Part shown: positions 48,739 to 60,177 of the stretch, in pieces
How the letters are laid out: each line of letters begins with the position of its first letter
Numbering within the stretch: the first letter of the stretch is position 1
DNA from: Squalus acanthias
Taxonomy: Eukaryota
DNA length: 64,000 bases
Assembly (NCBI GenBank): GCA_030390025.1
Contig: CM059439.1
Span: forward strand, 29,140,001-29,204,000
Reading direction: 5' to 3'
The notes under the pieces: generated by a model
Database searches by the model: none
The model's input: only the letters and a program-made list of their open reading frames with translations
What the model was told of the DNA's origin: nothing
Program-made: the position numbers and the translations under genes

Positions 48739-49699
48739 GTATTCCCTGATGTGCTCTTTCCTGTTCTTCTTTTGGAGTGAACTATGAATGGAGCTGATGC
48801 GACATACTGGGGGAAATTAAATAAGAAATTGATTCCACAAATAAGGAACTTATCTGCTTGGTGGGCAAGGGGAAGGGGCAGTAAGCAGCTGAACAGGTGG
48901 TCTCAATCTAAGTGATAAAGAAGCCACAACCCATTTTGTTATATTATTCGAATTGTTCACGGAGATCAGTGCAGTTCGGTTGATCATTTTAAGGGCAGTT
49001 CCTAATTTGTTGACAGACAGTTGCCTCAGTTGTAACTGATTGATCATGGATCTGCACTATCTAGTATATGAATAGGTAATGATATTACTAATGGACTGGT
49101 TATGGTCCTTAACTGGCTTTAACTGGTTAACTATAAAGGATGACCCCCATGAGCATCGTTCACCAGCACTTTGAAACAGTGCTCCACTCAGAATGTTGGT
49201 TTTGGATTGAGAGCAATGAATGGAACAACATAAAAGCATGTAACATTATTTTATAGCAAATGCTGAGCAGCTCATCAGAGAGAGTTTCTGAGCAGTTATT
49301 TAATAAGCTGTTTAAAAGGCCAATGACTACTAAGGAGTGCTGCTCATCAGTGCAGTGCATACCATGGATCATAGGTCAGCAGTACACATCAGGGATTGCT
49401 GTCTTGATATATTGCTCAGTCAGTTACAGTGATCATTTTGGCCACTGGCCAAACCAATCGGTATAACCAGATTCCACTGTTGTGGCAGACAGTGTGTAGG
49501 TGGCTGTGATTTAATCTTAGGGTTTATATGATATCCATAAAGTACTGAAACATTGATTTTATGGTTTATAATGTCATCTGGACCCCTAGATTAAATTATA
49601 GACAGTTATTACTCATTACCACCCATCCAGCACTCTATTTGTAATTGTGTCAGAACAGTTAAGTACTTAACAGAAATATTACAAATATACAAAGTATGA

Positions 49700-50512
49700 G
49701 AATTTACTTTTTGAGGAAATCAAGAGTGTATGGATAAAAGGATGTGTTGAATATTGTAGATATAGATTTTAAGAAGATGTTTGATAAGGTGACATATCAG
49801 ACAGAGGCTTGTTAGAATTGAGGCACATGGTATTAAAGGGAACGTAACGGCATGGAGAGATATAGGGGGTAAACAGATCTATTTCAGATTGGTGGGCTGT
49901 GGGTACTGATGTGCCCCAGAGATATATGCTGAAAAGCTTTTTGCTTTACATTTATATAAATGATTTGGACAAATGCATAAGGGGCTTGGCAAACAGTGAG
50001 GGACATTGCAGGAGGACATAGACAGGTGACCGGTCCAATTCAATGCAGAGAAATATGAAGTAGTACATTTTGGGAAAAGACAGTGAAAGGAAATATACAC
50101 CAACTATTAAGATTCTTGACAAACTGGAGGAACAGAGAGATTTAGAGGTGTTCCCTCTTAATGGCGGAGATCCTGTTGGGAGCCCACCCTTCATACAGAA
50201 TGAGTCCCAGAGAAGGAACTGGGCCAGGGTGGTGAGTGAATGTCCCCCCTCCCACCCTCCTGGGACAGATTTAGGAAAACCTAGCTCAGAGAGTCATTAG
50301 AACATGGAATGCTTTACCAAAGGGCAAATGAGGCAGAGATTATAAAATCACTTAAATGGAATTGGATATATATTGGTAAAGGAACAATATAAAATAATAC
50401 AGGGAAAAGATAGGGAAATGGCATCAGAGTAGATAGCTTCAATTGAAGAGGTAGCACCAGAAGAGATGTGATGGGCCAAATGGCCTCCTCCTGTACTGAA
50501 CGTTCTATGAAT
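49700..50512 (+). mobile_element. Decayed CR1 LINE (RT fragments and 3' end)
   Basis: dIVDIDFKKMFDKV-like segment, atttatataaatgatttgga (IYINDLD), ttcaatgcagagaaa, gatgggccaaatggcctcctcctgtact tail. Confidence 0.75.
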
Positions 50513-50729
50513 CTAGTTGAGCTGTTTCTTGATTTCAGGGGGAGGATGTTGCAGCACCATAGAGGTTATTATGATGCCATAAAGAGTGGTTGGTTCCACT
50601 AGAATACAAATAAATGGCTTCTTCTTTAAGGCCCTTATTTGGACTAGTTTGGATTTTGTGTCATTGAGAAACCTAGTTGAGGAGTCATGGCCCACAGGGC
50701 TGGACACCACCAAAACTGAAAACGTAAAA

Positions 50730-51410
50730 GTTCCCCAGTGGCCTAATGGACAAATGTGTGGTGTGGCACTGAACCTTTACAAGCCAGAAGGTTTGTGTTT
50801 TAATTCCCAATCTGTGCTAAGTTACCTGGTCTGAGCCAGGACACAACAAAAATAATTTTCACTATTGTAACAACTTTCACATAATGAAACATTGCAAGAT
50901 GCTTTGCTGGGAGATCTGGAGATATGAGCAGGAAGACGGAGAGAAGTTAGGGGTGATGACCAAAGGCATGGGCAAAGACGGCAGGTTTTGCAGAGGCTTT
51001 TGAAGGTTGAGAGAGGGGTAGCAAGGCAGAAGAATTTAGGAAGAGAATTCCAAAGTGTAGTGGCATGGTGCCTGAAGGGTCTGTCACAAATGATAGAGTG
51101 AAGGGGAGGGTTTTGCATAATAAACCAGAGCCATTAGAGTGGAAAATGTTTGCTGGGACATTGGCCTTCGGTCGGGAGTGGAAAAGTCAGCCAAGGTTTT
51201 CCATTCCTGATTCCTATCCAGTGAACACTGCTGAAAAGTGTACAAGTATATATGATGGGTGAGGACAGAATCGTACTTGGTTGTGATGGCCTCCACAGTG
51301 GAATAGTCTCCTGGCACTCACTGTCTGGGCTCACATATGACCATTTGGGCAATGTACCACAGGGCTGCTAGTTGCAAGGAACCGTTTTCAGACACAAGTC
51401 AGTGCCTTCA
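50730..51410 (+). mobile_element. AmnSINE2-like SINE split by an L2 fragment
   Basis: Head at 50730-50840; body resumes at about 51155 (aaaagtcagccaagg...gggtgaggacagaatc...ctcactgtctgggctcacatatga). Confidence 0.65.
50842..51100 (-). mobile_element. L2 LINE 3' end
   Basis: Minus-strand peptide DRPFRHHATTLWNSLPK...LSTFKSLCKT, an L2 ORF2 C-terminal signature. Confidence 0.7.
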
Positions 51411-53214
51411 AGAGAAAATTCCCAAAAAAGAGAAGGGAAGAAATCAATAAGCAGTGGTTGGAAGGATGCCATGTTTAGGTTTAAAATGCATAGAGCCAAC
51501 TGGTCCTTAAGTAGAAACAGGGTCTTATTGCAGTTATTCTTAACGAGTGGGCTTTTATCAGTATAAAATATGACACACTTCAAATCACCAGGAGTTGACC
51601 TTTATCATTAGTTGTACCGTGCACGCACAATATTTATATTGAGCACACTAAGAAAGTAGATGTTAGCACTGAGAGTACAAGATTGTGCTAACAGGTTGGC
51701 TCCGTTTAATAAACGCCTCCAAGTGAACTTCAGGGTTTCATTTCTATGGGAAAATATTTTAAGGATTTTTTTTATAATAAGGAAAACAAGCATGCTTTTC
51801 TCTTTTTTTCTTCAATTGGATTCATTCCAGTGTGCGCAGGAGAAATGTTTCTGTAAATGCTGGAATTACTTATCAGGCTGATTTCCATCAGTCTGCAGCT
51901 GTATTGTACAAGGAGTCAGATTCTGGGCTTCTGACAGATGGAGAGTTATGGGAACAAGCTGTTTGGTGATAACTGACACCCAGATGCTGATTGCGAGAAG
52001 ACCTGAGGCCTATGAAACGCCTACTTGGAAAGGGAATTGGGTTGTGATGGGGTGCATAACAAACGTGGAAGATGTTTCACTGAATCCCAAGGTTGTAGTC
52101 CCTTTGGCTGTGGCAGCTTAGGTGGTGAATGACGGGAACTTTGCTGTGCTCTAGAGACCATGTGATCTCACCTGACCTTTGACCATAATGATCTTTGGCA
52201 TCTGCGACCATTATTCTAAGCTGTCAAGACTCAAAAATAATCTATTTTATACATGTTTAAAAGGAGCACCCCAAGAAAAAGAAAGATCACTGAGATGGAT
52301 TGTCAAATTTGGATTCGCATAAACCCTGTCAAATAACTTGGATAGCTTCAAGACATACCTCAAGTTTATGTTTCCTCTTTTGACATGATGCGATAAGTCA
52401 GATGAAACCAGAGGAAGCTCCACAGGAATGTGGAATTCTCTGATGTGTTTTTTAAATTCTGGTTTCAAATTAAAATTTTCTCAAATTGTTTGTTTGTTCA
52501 AATTGAAAGCACCTATTGGGATTTGTAACTAACCTAAATATATAATTGCAAGTGTCTTCAGTTTTCATTTAAACGTACTACAAATGCGGGTTTTTTATTG
52601 TGAGTTATTCACCCTCCTGGGTACATTATGCTCTTTTTTTTCCCCCCCTTGGCTTACTTGACTTATTAGTCTCTTCAAGGCCAGGCACCAAGCCGTTGCA
52701 AGTGGATCTTTTGAACAATCACCAAAAGGCCCACAAGACTGGCCTAGGGAAGACTCTTCAGTCAATTTTCTGTCTCCCAACAGCACGGTTGAGATGGGAA
52801 CTCGGTGGAGTGGAGCAAATAACCCTGCACTGGTATTCCAATGTGCTGAGCCACAGTTTCAAGCCTTAACTGCGGCCTTTTTAACTGAAGGAACCTGTGA
52901 ATATTTGTTCTCAACATTTTCTAGTTACAGGTTCCTTTTCCTTAAAACACTACAAATTATTATTTTTTTTTTAAATACAGGTACCTGTGGTATTGTAACA
53001 AATGCATCAGGAGACTGCAACTGCTTGGAGTCTTGATTGCAAAATGATACTCCTGACAAGATTAGTGAGAGACCCGGTCAACAAGATTGATTCTTTAAAA
53101 GAATTGTTGTAAGATTAATTCGGACATTTGTTTTGGAACGTACCTCTTTTTCACAGTTTTATTGATATTAAAACTAGGAGTCACCATCAGCACCCTTTTA
53201 AAAACAAATTCTAG

Positions 53215-53648
53215 TTTTCCCGATGGTTTAGTGGGCGAATGAAGTAGGCAGTGTGTTATTGAGCAATATAGAGCAGGAAGTTGCCCAAGTTGATCCACGG
53301 TGTGTTTTGAGCTAGCAATGTCAGCCACGGCAGCCACAAAGAGCCTCGGGGTTTCCACTCTTGTGAGAGAATGTTGGCAGGCTGTTCCTTCAGCCCCTAC
53401 CTTCACCCAGTGTCCACACACGGACATCTTTCTGCTTGAGGCTTTGCATAACAATCAGTAGTGGGAACCTTGGCTGATTTTTTTGCTCCCTTTCCAAACC
53501 CAGATCATTGAGGTCAATTGTAACATATCAACTGCTACCCTGGTTTAGATCAACCAACTCACCACAGGCCAGAAATCAAATCTGGAACCTTCTGCTCCAT
53601 ATGGCTCAGTTTTACACACTTTTACCAACTAATCCTCAGGGAAGCCCT
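53215..53648. mobile_element. Two oppositely oriented AmnSINE2-like copies (+ 53215-53340; - 53365-53648)
   Basis: Heads at both outer ends, pointing inward; similar to the 36240 copy. Confidence 0.55.
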
Positions 53649-53802
53649 GACTGAGCAATTCTGAGTTTTTGAATTTTAGAGGGATTTTCTTCACTACCAA
53701 ATGAAGGTCTTAAAATATTTGTTTCAAACTTTTTAACGTACATGTTTCAATGATGCGGTAGTACTGCTATTTTTATCTTCTTGTCTTAACTTTTTCTTGT
53801 AG

Positions 53803-53934
53803 GTAGCTCACCAGACTGTGCCTCAGAATTCCTCCCAAAATATCCACGCCTTTTCCACCACCACCCTTAATGACATCATGAAGTCTTTTTCCGATGTCAG
53901 CGCTATCCGAGTTGCTGGAGGGTACTTGCTAATG
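53803..53934 (+). CDS. PTCH2: PTCH2 exon 9 (132 nt), entry to the sterol-sensing domain
   Basis: tttcttgtag|GTA GCT...CTA ATG|gtgagc; [44 protein letters not shown]. Absent from the ORF track. Confidence 0.96.
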
Positions 53935-54709
53935 GTGAGCATGTTTTTACTTCTGGATGTATGTTTAGAGTTAACATCACATTAGGGTGCCTCTGAACAT
54001 AATGTCACCAACAAAAAAGTAATCTACAGGCACAGGGTGTACAGTTTTGTGGAAACTCATCGTTCACTTCTGCAACCTAGTTTTAAATTCAGCTCAGATT
54101 GATGCTGTAAGGGGAATAATCAACAATGGCAGTGACTGTGTTTATATATAGGATATAATACATATGCTGAAAGTGTTGCAAGGCAAAAACACATTGAACA
54201 GTTCAGAAGACATCATTAGCCATTTATCCAAGTTATCTGAACCATCAGATTTGTTACATTCTTAAAACGCAGTCTAGTCTGTGTATTTATCTGTAACAAT
54301 GTATTAACATTTCATATCGGTACACCCTTCCTGTCTCAACTTTTCCATTATAAATTCCAATATCCATATTTATAATGGAATCTGGCTATGTAAATGTATC
54401 TTGCTGTAATTACACCCTTCTGCCGGTGGTGGCGCTGCAGTGCGTCATGTTTGCATCTCCCAGCCCCTGAGCCTGTACTGCAGAGGAGCCCCGATGCGTA
54501 CATTTGGCTATTTAACTAAATAATAATATAAAATTGAAGCATTAGATAAAAATAAGGACAGATTACATGACTTTAAAATGGGGACTGCACTGAATTATGT
54601 CTGCCCGCTAACCCACTTCACTTTGGTCTTGACTTTTCATGTGTAACACTTGGGCAAATTGGCTAGTTTTATATATGTGTGTTTGTTCAGGCTCACGGGT
54701 ATCATTTTA

Positions 54710-55146
54710 GAAAAGAAAGAACGAACTTACATTAACAGAGCACCTTTCGTGTCCTCCGTACATCCCAACATGCTTCACAGAATTACTTTTAAGTGTAGTC
54801 GCTGTTGTTATGTATGTAAACGTGGCAGCCAATCTCCAGACAGCAAGGCACCATAAACAGCAAATGAAATAAATAATCAGTTCATCTGTTTAGGTGGTGT
54901 TGGTTGAGAGATAAATATTGGCCAGGACACAGGGAGAACTCCCTCCTCTTCTCAGTGCCATAGGCACGAGTGGCTGGGGCCTCAGATTAACATCTCATCC
55001 AAATAACATCTCCAACAATGCAGCACTCCCACAGTACTGCATTAAAGTGCTGGCGTACATTACGTGCTCAAGTCATCGAATGGTGCTCAAACCTACAACC
55101 TGCTGACCCAGAGGTAAGGCTGCTGCCACTGAACGAAGCTGATACT
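54710..55146 (-). mobile_element. Older SacSINE1/Deu-like SINE, near full length
   Basis: Collinear with 5525-5838 and 48110-48487. Confidence 0.8.
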
Positions 55147-55305
55147 TGGTGGCCTTCATATTTTATTCTATGTTAAGCAAGATATTTGTTTCCGCCAGTA
55201 GTGGACATCATGATCGATAGTGACATGTGGCAGACTCTTACCAATAAATCACCTGATTTGAATTGAAACAATATTGTACCATCCAATTTGAACTCCAGTG
55301 ACATT

Positions 55306-55500
55306 GAAGGAAAGAACTTGCATTAATATAGCGCCTTTCACAATCTCAGGACATCCCAAAACGCATCACAGCCAGTGAAGTAGTGTTGAAGTGTAGTCAC
55401 CTGTAATGCCGACCCTTACCTGAAGCATTAACTTGTCTGTTCTCTCCACAGAATCTGACTGGCCTGCTGTGCGTTTCCAGTTTTTGTTTCTGCTGCACTC
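55306..55500. mobile_element. SINE tail fragment (minus, 55306-55406) plus decayed Penelope pseudo-LTR fragment (plus, about 55417-55500)
   Basis: aaagaacttgcattaatatagcgcctttcac; acctgaagcattaact...tctctccacaga...cctgctgtgcgtttccag resembles 46253-46332. Confidence 0.65.
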
Positions 55501-55551
55501 TTTGTTTGTTGTATGTTGATCAATTCTTTATTTTTTTTCTGACTCCATTAG

Positions 55552-55707
55552 TTGGCATATGCTTGTGTGACCATGCTGAGGTGGGACTGCTCAAAATCCC
55601 AAGGGGCTGTGGGTCTAGCTGGAGTCCTATTGGTGGCCTTGTCAGTAGCTTCAGGACTGGGGCTGTGCTCCCTTCTGGGCATTTCCTTCAATGCTGCAAC
55701 GACCCAG
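55552..55707 (+). CDS. PTCH2: PTCH2 exon 10 (156 nt), sterol-sensing domain
   Basis: ccattag|TTG GCA...ACC CAG|gtacat; [52 protein letters not shown]. Confidence 0.96.
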
Positions 55708-55930
55708 GTACATAATTCTTGGCTTCCATCCCTATCTCTCACTCCTTTCCCCCTCCCCACAGGATCACAACTGAATATTTCTCAATTGAGTTAATTGTCA
55801 TTGTTGGAGGAGGGAAAAAAGTCATCTGCTTTTGTCATTGAAGGAATTAAGTACATTTTATGCAGAACAGATTTTGTTTGTAATACTAAATCCCAAATAT
55901 TAATCATTTCTTTCCATCTCCTGGCTCTAG

Positions 55931-56029
55931 GTATTACCATTTCTGGCTCTGGGCATTGGTGTCGACGATATGTTTCTCCTGGCTCACGCATTCACTGAGA
56001 CAGGTCAAAATAAGAACATTCCTTTCAAG
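55931..56029 (+). CDS. PTCH2: PTCH2 exon 11 (99 nt), TM4 with the RND-family GxxxDD motif
   Basis: ggctctag|GTA TTA...TTC AAG|gtaaag; [33 protein letters not shown]; GIGVDD at 55952-55969. Confidence 0.96.
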
Positions 56030-56619
56030 GTAAAGACCAAACTTGCTTAAAACTGGAATACACCATTACTTTACTCCTTTCCTGTTATTACACTGGGGTA
56101 ATCAGGGGAACATTATAAAAGAGTCTTTCCACAAAGCTGATCGTGTATGTTTCTTTGTCAACCAGTTTGAATGGGTTGATAAATTAGAAGAAATCGGGAA
56201 TCTAACCTATTTACTTATAGTCAAGAGCCACTTTTATGTTAGCCTTAAAGTGCTTGTGCCACCGGTTTCTGACACATATCTTGCACACTTGGTGGCGACC
56301 CTAATGTAAATGTGCTGAATTCACATGGCTTGAAATATATTTTACTGGGTAGCAAAAGTTCAAATTTAGTGAATTAAGCAGGTTCACATTGGCATTGTCG
56401 CTGGATTCCACAGCCAACATAAAAGCAACAAAGACTTTAAGTTTGGAGTTGATTAAAAAAAGATTTCTACACATGTGAGGTGTACGTATTTGCATACAGT
56501 GTGAAAGTGTATGTTTGTGTATGTGTGCACTTGCTCAGTCTTGCCCACAAGTATGATTGAACTTTGCAATTTGAAACATTTCTGTCGCTTTTCACTGATT
56601 ATTTTAATTTGTGCTAAAG

Positions 56620-56745
56620 GACAGGACAGGAGAGTGTTTGAGGCGGACAGGGACCAGCGTTGCCCTCACATCCATTAATAACATGATCGCTTTCTTTATG
56701 GCCGCCCTGATTCCCATTCCTGCACTTCGCGCTTTTTCCTTACAG
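56620..56745 (+). CDS. PTCH2: PTCH2 exon 12 (126 nt)
   Basis: gtgctaaag|GAC AGG...TTA CAG|gtaggt; [42 protein letters not shown]. Confidence 0.94.
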
Positions 56746-57574
56746 GTAGGTGAATCGTATAAAGTGCCTTGATTGTATATAAAGTGCTCAGTATATTGGT
56801 TTTGCCTTTTTATAGCAATCTGCAATATGTTTGTGTATTTGTGTTTGGTGGGGGGGGTGGGGGGTCTGGGCAGGCTGGATGAGGGTGGATTAGGGCCTCT
56901 AAATTCTTTTGCTCCAGGTGTTGCACGCTTCTTTGAATTTACCTGCACCGCCCCTGTTGCCTACCTGCAGATGTCTGCTGCAGAAGGGGCTTAACTATCT
57001 GCTAAACAACAAGGTAGCTTGTCATTAGGATTGTGGGAGGGGTGGGGTTTCTTGAAAGGTAAGAGGAAAAAAAGTGATGAATTGATTAAAACCTTTTGCA
57101 ATTAAAAGAAAAAAGTAGCAGTTTTGAAGGATTGGCGCAGCGCCAATATAGTTACTTGTTTTCCTTGGCATTGCACACGATTTGGAAAGTCACACCTGTA
57201 TAGCCATGTTTAGGCGCTCAAGGAAACCAAAATTCGGATGCAGCTTTTCCCTTTTTAAGTCTCTTCCCCCTGAATGGCTCCCCAGGGGGTGTCCTTGGAC
57301 CAGCTGTCGGTTGGTTGCAACCTACTGTTGCAGTGGTCTCCGATGTAAAAAAAATTGCTGCAAATTTTTTTTTTTTTATAAATGTGACTTCATGCCGGCA
57401 AGAAGCCCTTTTGGAAACTACCTACGGCAGTTAAACTGTTGGCCAACACAAGTGAATCAGTTGGCGCCAAGTTGGAGGCCGATATAAAATGCCCCAGAGC
57501 TAACATAGTTCCCTAGATTAATAATGTTCAATTTAAAAAGGACACTTACAGACATGTTAAAAGAGGGCACTGAA

Positions 57575-58156
57575 ACAAAAGCAAAATACTGCGGATGCTG
57601 GAAATCTGAAATAAAAACAGAAAATGCTGGAAACACTCAGCAGGTCAGGCGGCATCTGTGGAGAGAGAAACAGAGTTAACGTTTCAGGTCCATGACCTTT
57701 TGTCAGAAGAAGTTAGAAAAATAACAGGTTTTAAGCAAATACAAGGCCAAGGAAAAAAGGGTGAGGAAAGAGCTAAAGGGACAAAAAAGATGATGGTGCA
57801 AGGCAAAAGGGGGTGGTAATGGGGCAAGTAAAGAAACAAAAGATGTGTCCAGAGGAGAGATAAATGATTACAGCAGAACCATTACCAGCATCTGCTGTCT
57901 GAGAAAAAGGGAGCGGTGGCTATGATGTAAAGTTGTTGAATTCAGTGTTGAGGCCGGAAGGGTGTAAAGCGCCGAATCAAAAGTTGGGGTGACCGCTTTG
58001 CTGAACCCTTCCATTAAGTCCGCAAGCATGACCCTGAGCTTCCAGACGCTTGCCACTTTAATTGTCCATCCCACTCCCACTCTGACCTCTCTGTCCTCGG
58101 CCTCCTACACTGTTCCAATGAGGCTCAACACAAGCTTGAGGAACAGCACCTCATCT
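57575..58156 (-). mobile_element. Penelope-like element 3' portion with an inverted GIY-YIG fragment
   Basis: Minus 57575-57983: GALHPSGLNTEFNNF plus the pseudo-LTR and tail. Plus 57985-58156: GDRFAE...RKHDPELPDACHFNCPSHSHSDLSVLGLLHCSNEAQHKLEEQHLI. Confidence 0.85.
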
Positions 58157-59004
58157 GACGCGATGTGTGACAGCGAGCTTTGCAGCCTGCGACTCCACAT
58201 GTGTAGCAATGTCCCCCAGTATCAGGCTATAAGCACAGGAGGAAGAAGTAGTCAATGTTCAACAAATCCTGAGTTTTATTTGAAGGGGCAGTCATTTTTG
58301 TCGAGATAACATTATGTGCGAGTGATGTGAAACATTTCAACGTGACTTACTCATTTTTTAAGTTTAGATGCAGATTTATTTTTTTGGAGAAGGTGGTTTC
58401 ATTTTTTTTAGCGTCTAACATCCTCAAATAAATAGTCTTATACCCATTCACGCTCTTTTGGAATTGATACTAAAATTGGATTACTATCTATTTCTTCAGA
58501 GGGATTAAATTATGCTTTATTTTCCTTTGTAAAATTGTCTTTGAGAGGAGGGCTGGGCAGGGGAAGGATGACAGTCATATGGTAGGAGTGATCAGTAAAT
58601 GAAGAGAAAGTTCCATTCCCTTTATAAATGGTCTTTTTGGGGAGAGGAAATGCTAAGGAAAATATCAATATATATTGATGTAATAATAAATTTAATTTCC
58701 ATTGAGTAATGATTATTTTCCTCTCCTACGTCACTCCTGAAAGCAATGTATTTATTTACATACTGAATGCTGTTCTATTGAAAACGCAGTCCCACTGGCC
58801 TACTGTAACTGGTGACTTGGCAGAGCCTGGGAGTCGCTGATTGAGAACAATACAATGGGAATTAAGCAGCGAGAACCTGACAGGCTCGAACACTAGGCCA
58901 GACTGTAAGCAGGCCTCCAAGTTGCACAGCCAAGGTAGTTGGCATAAATGATGGGATATATCATCTAGACGTCAGCTCCAGCTATGTGATCTGCCTGAGC
59001 TTAC

Positions 59005-59013
59005 TGGGTGGTC
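59005..59013 (-). promoter_or_regulatory. Consensus GLI-binding site in intron 12
   Basis: Exact TGGGTGGTC in a TE-free stretch. Confidence 0.5.
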
Positions 59014-59755
59014 TGGGAGATAATAACGTATTATAATGTCTGCCTCAGGCAACCCCACCCCCTCCTTTTTCACTTACATCAGACTGCTGTGACCATTAGG
59101 AGCCTCCTTCACATTAATGTTTCTGTGGAGGCAGGGTGTGGAGAAGGGGGGCATTTTGGGGAGGGGGATTTCTTGCTTCAAATCCTTTAGTGATTTAATA
59201 TTTTCTTTGGCTTAATACGTGGATTTAGTGAGGTCTGGAAGTGGGTTGTAGTACAACTCAGTTAAAGCTAGAAATATCTTGGTTAGAAATCAGAAACTGC
59301 TGTTCTCCGAACGCTTTGCCTGAGGCCTAGGGCCTACAGTGAAGCTATAGGTTTACAACTGTGCTTCTTTCAAATCTTAAAGGGACACTCTTAGCTGGTA
59401 AGCAGTCTTGCAAGACAGCACCGCACTTAGTAAACAAAGTAAGAGTGCAGTAAGCAGCCAGCACCAAATGCATTTGTCACTATAGAAGTATAATTTTTAC
59501 TTGGAAAAGTTAGTAAGATAAATAATGCCAGATAGTGTGGAGGTGCCTTTCTTGCCAGTATAGTGGCATAGCAGTAGAGTTTTAATGGTGGGCTGTTGAT
59601 TTTCCTCAAGAATGGAAGCCTCTCCCCGCACATCCCCCACCCCACCAACCTTCAAGAGCTTTTCAAAGTCCTAGTTTTGCAGATTTTGAAATCAAGCCAG
59701 CAGTCTGCAATTGTACTAGAATATTATTAATATCTCCTGTTCCTGCCCCTCACAG

Positions 59756-59874
59756 GCTGCGATAGTTGTGGTGTTTAATTTTGCCATGGTGCTCCTCATC
59801 TTTCCTGCCATTTTAAGCCTGGACCTTCACCGGCGGGAAGATAAAAGGCTGGATATTTTCTGCTGCTTTTCCAG
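59756..59874 (+). CDS. PTCH2: PTCH2 exon 13 (119 nt)
   Basis: ccctcacag|GCT GCG...TCC AG|gtgagg; [39 protein letters not shown](S). Confidence 0.96.
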
Positions 59875-59967
59875 GTGAGGCTTGCTTTTATCGTAAAGTT
59901 CTCAGATACAATTGTCACCCACTGCGAAGGCCGAGTGGCGGTGGACTGAAGGGCCGGACTACAAAGG

Positions 59968-60075
59968 GAAAGAAAGAAAGACTTGCATTGCTATAGCGCC
60001 TGTCACAACCACCGGACGTCTCAAAGCGCTATACAGCCAATGAAGTACTTTTGGAGTGTAGTCACTGTTGTAATG
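59968..60075 (-). mobile_element. SacSINE1/Deu-like SINE 3' fragment
   Basis: Near-identical to 18427-18536. Confidence 0.8.
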
Positions 60076-60177
60076 GAAAGACAAGAAAGATGTAGGAATT
60101 TGTGCCCATGCTTACCAAGACACGGTGGGGGTGAAATTGGTCAACGCCAGTAGTGCAAAATGTGCTAAAGTGAATAA

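Noticed and set aside
44104-55551. Apparent targeting of TEs to splice acceptors (exons 7, 8, 9 and 10 have TEs within about 40-155 nt)
   Set aside because: TE density is high throughout and different families are involved; this cannot be told apart from chance without a genome-wide test
56604-56948. Antisense or alternative-frame ORFs over PTCH2 exons (also 61251-61619 and 63347-63637)
   Set aside because: These are shadow ORFs of real exons with no independent support
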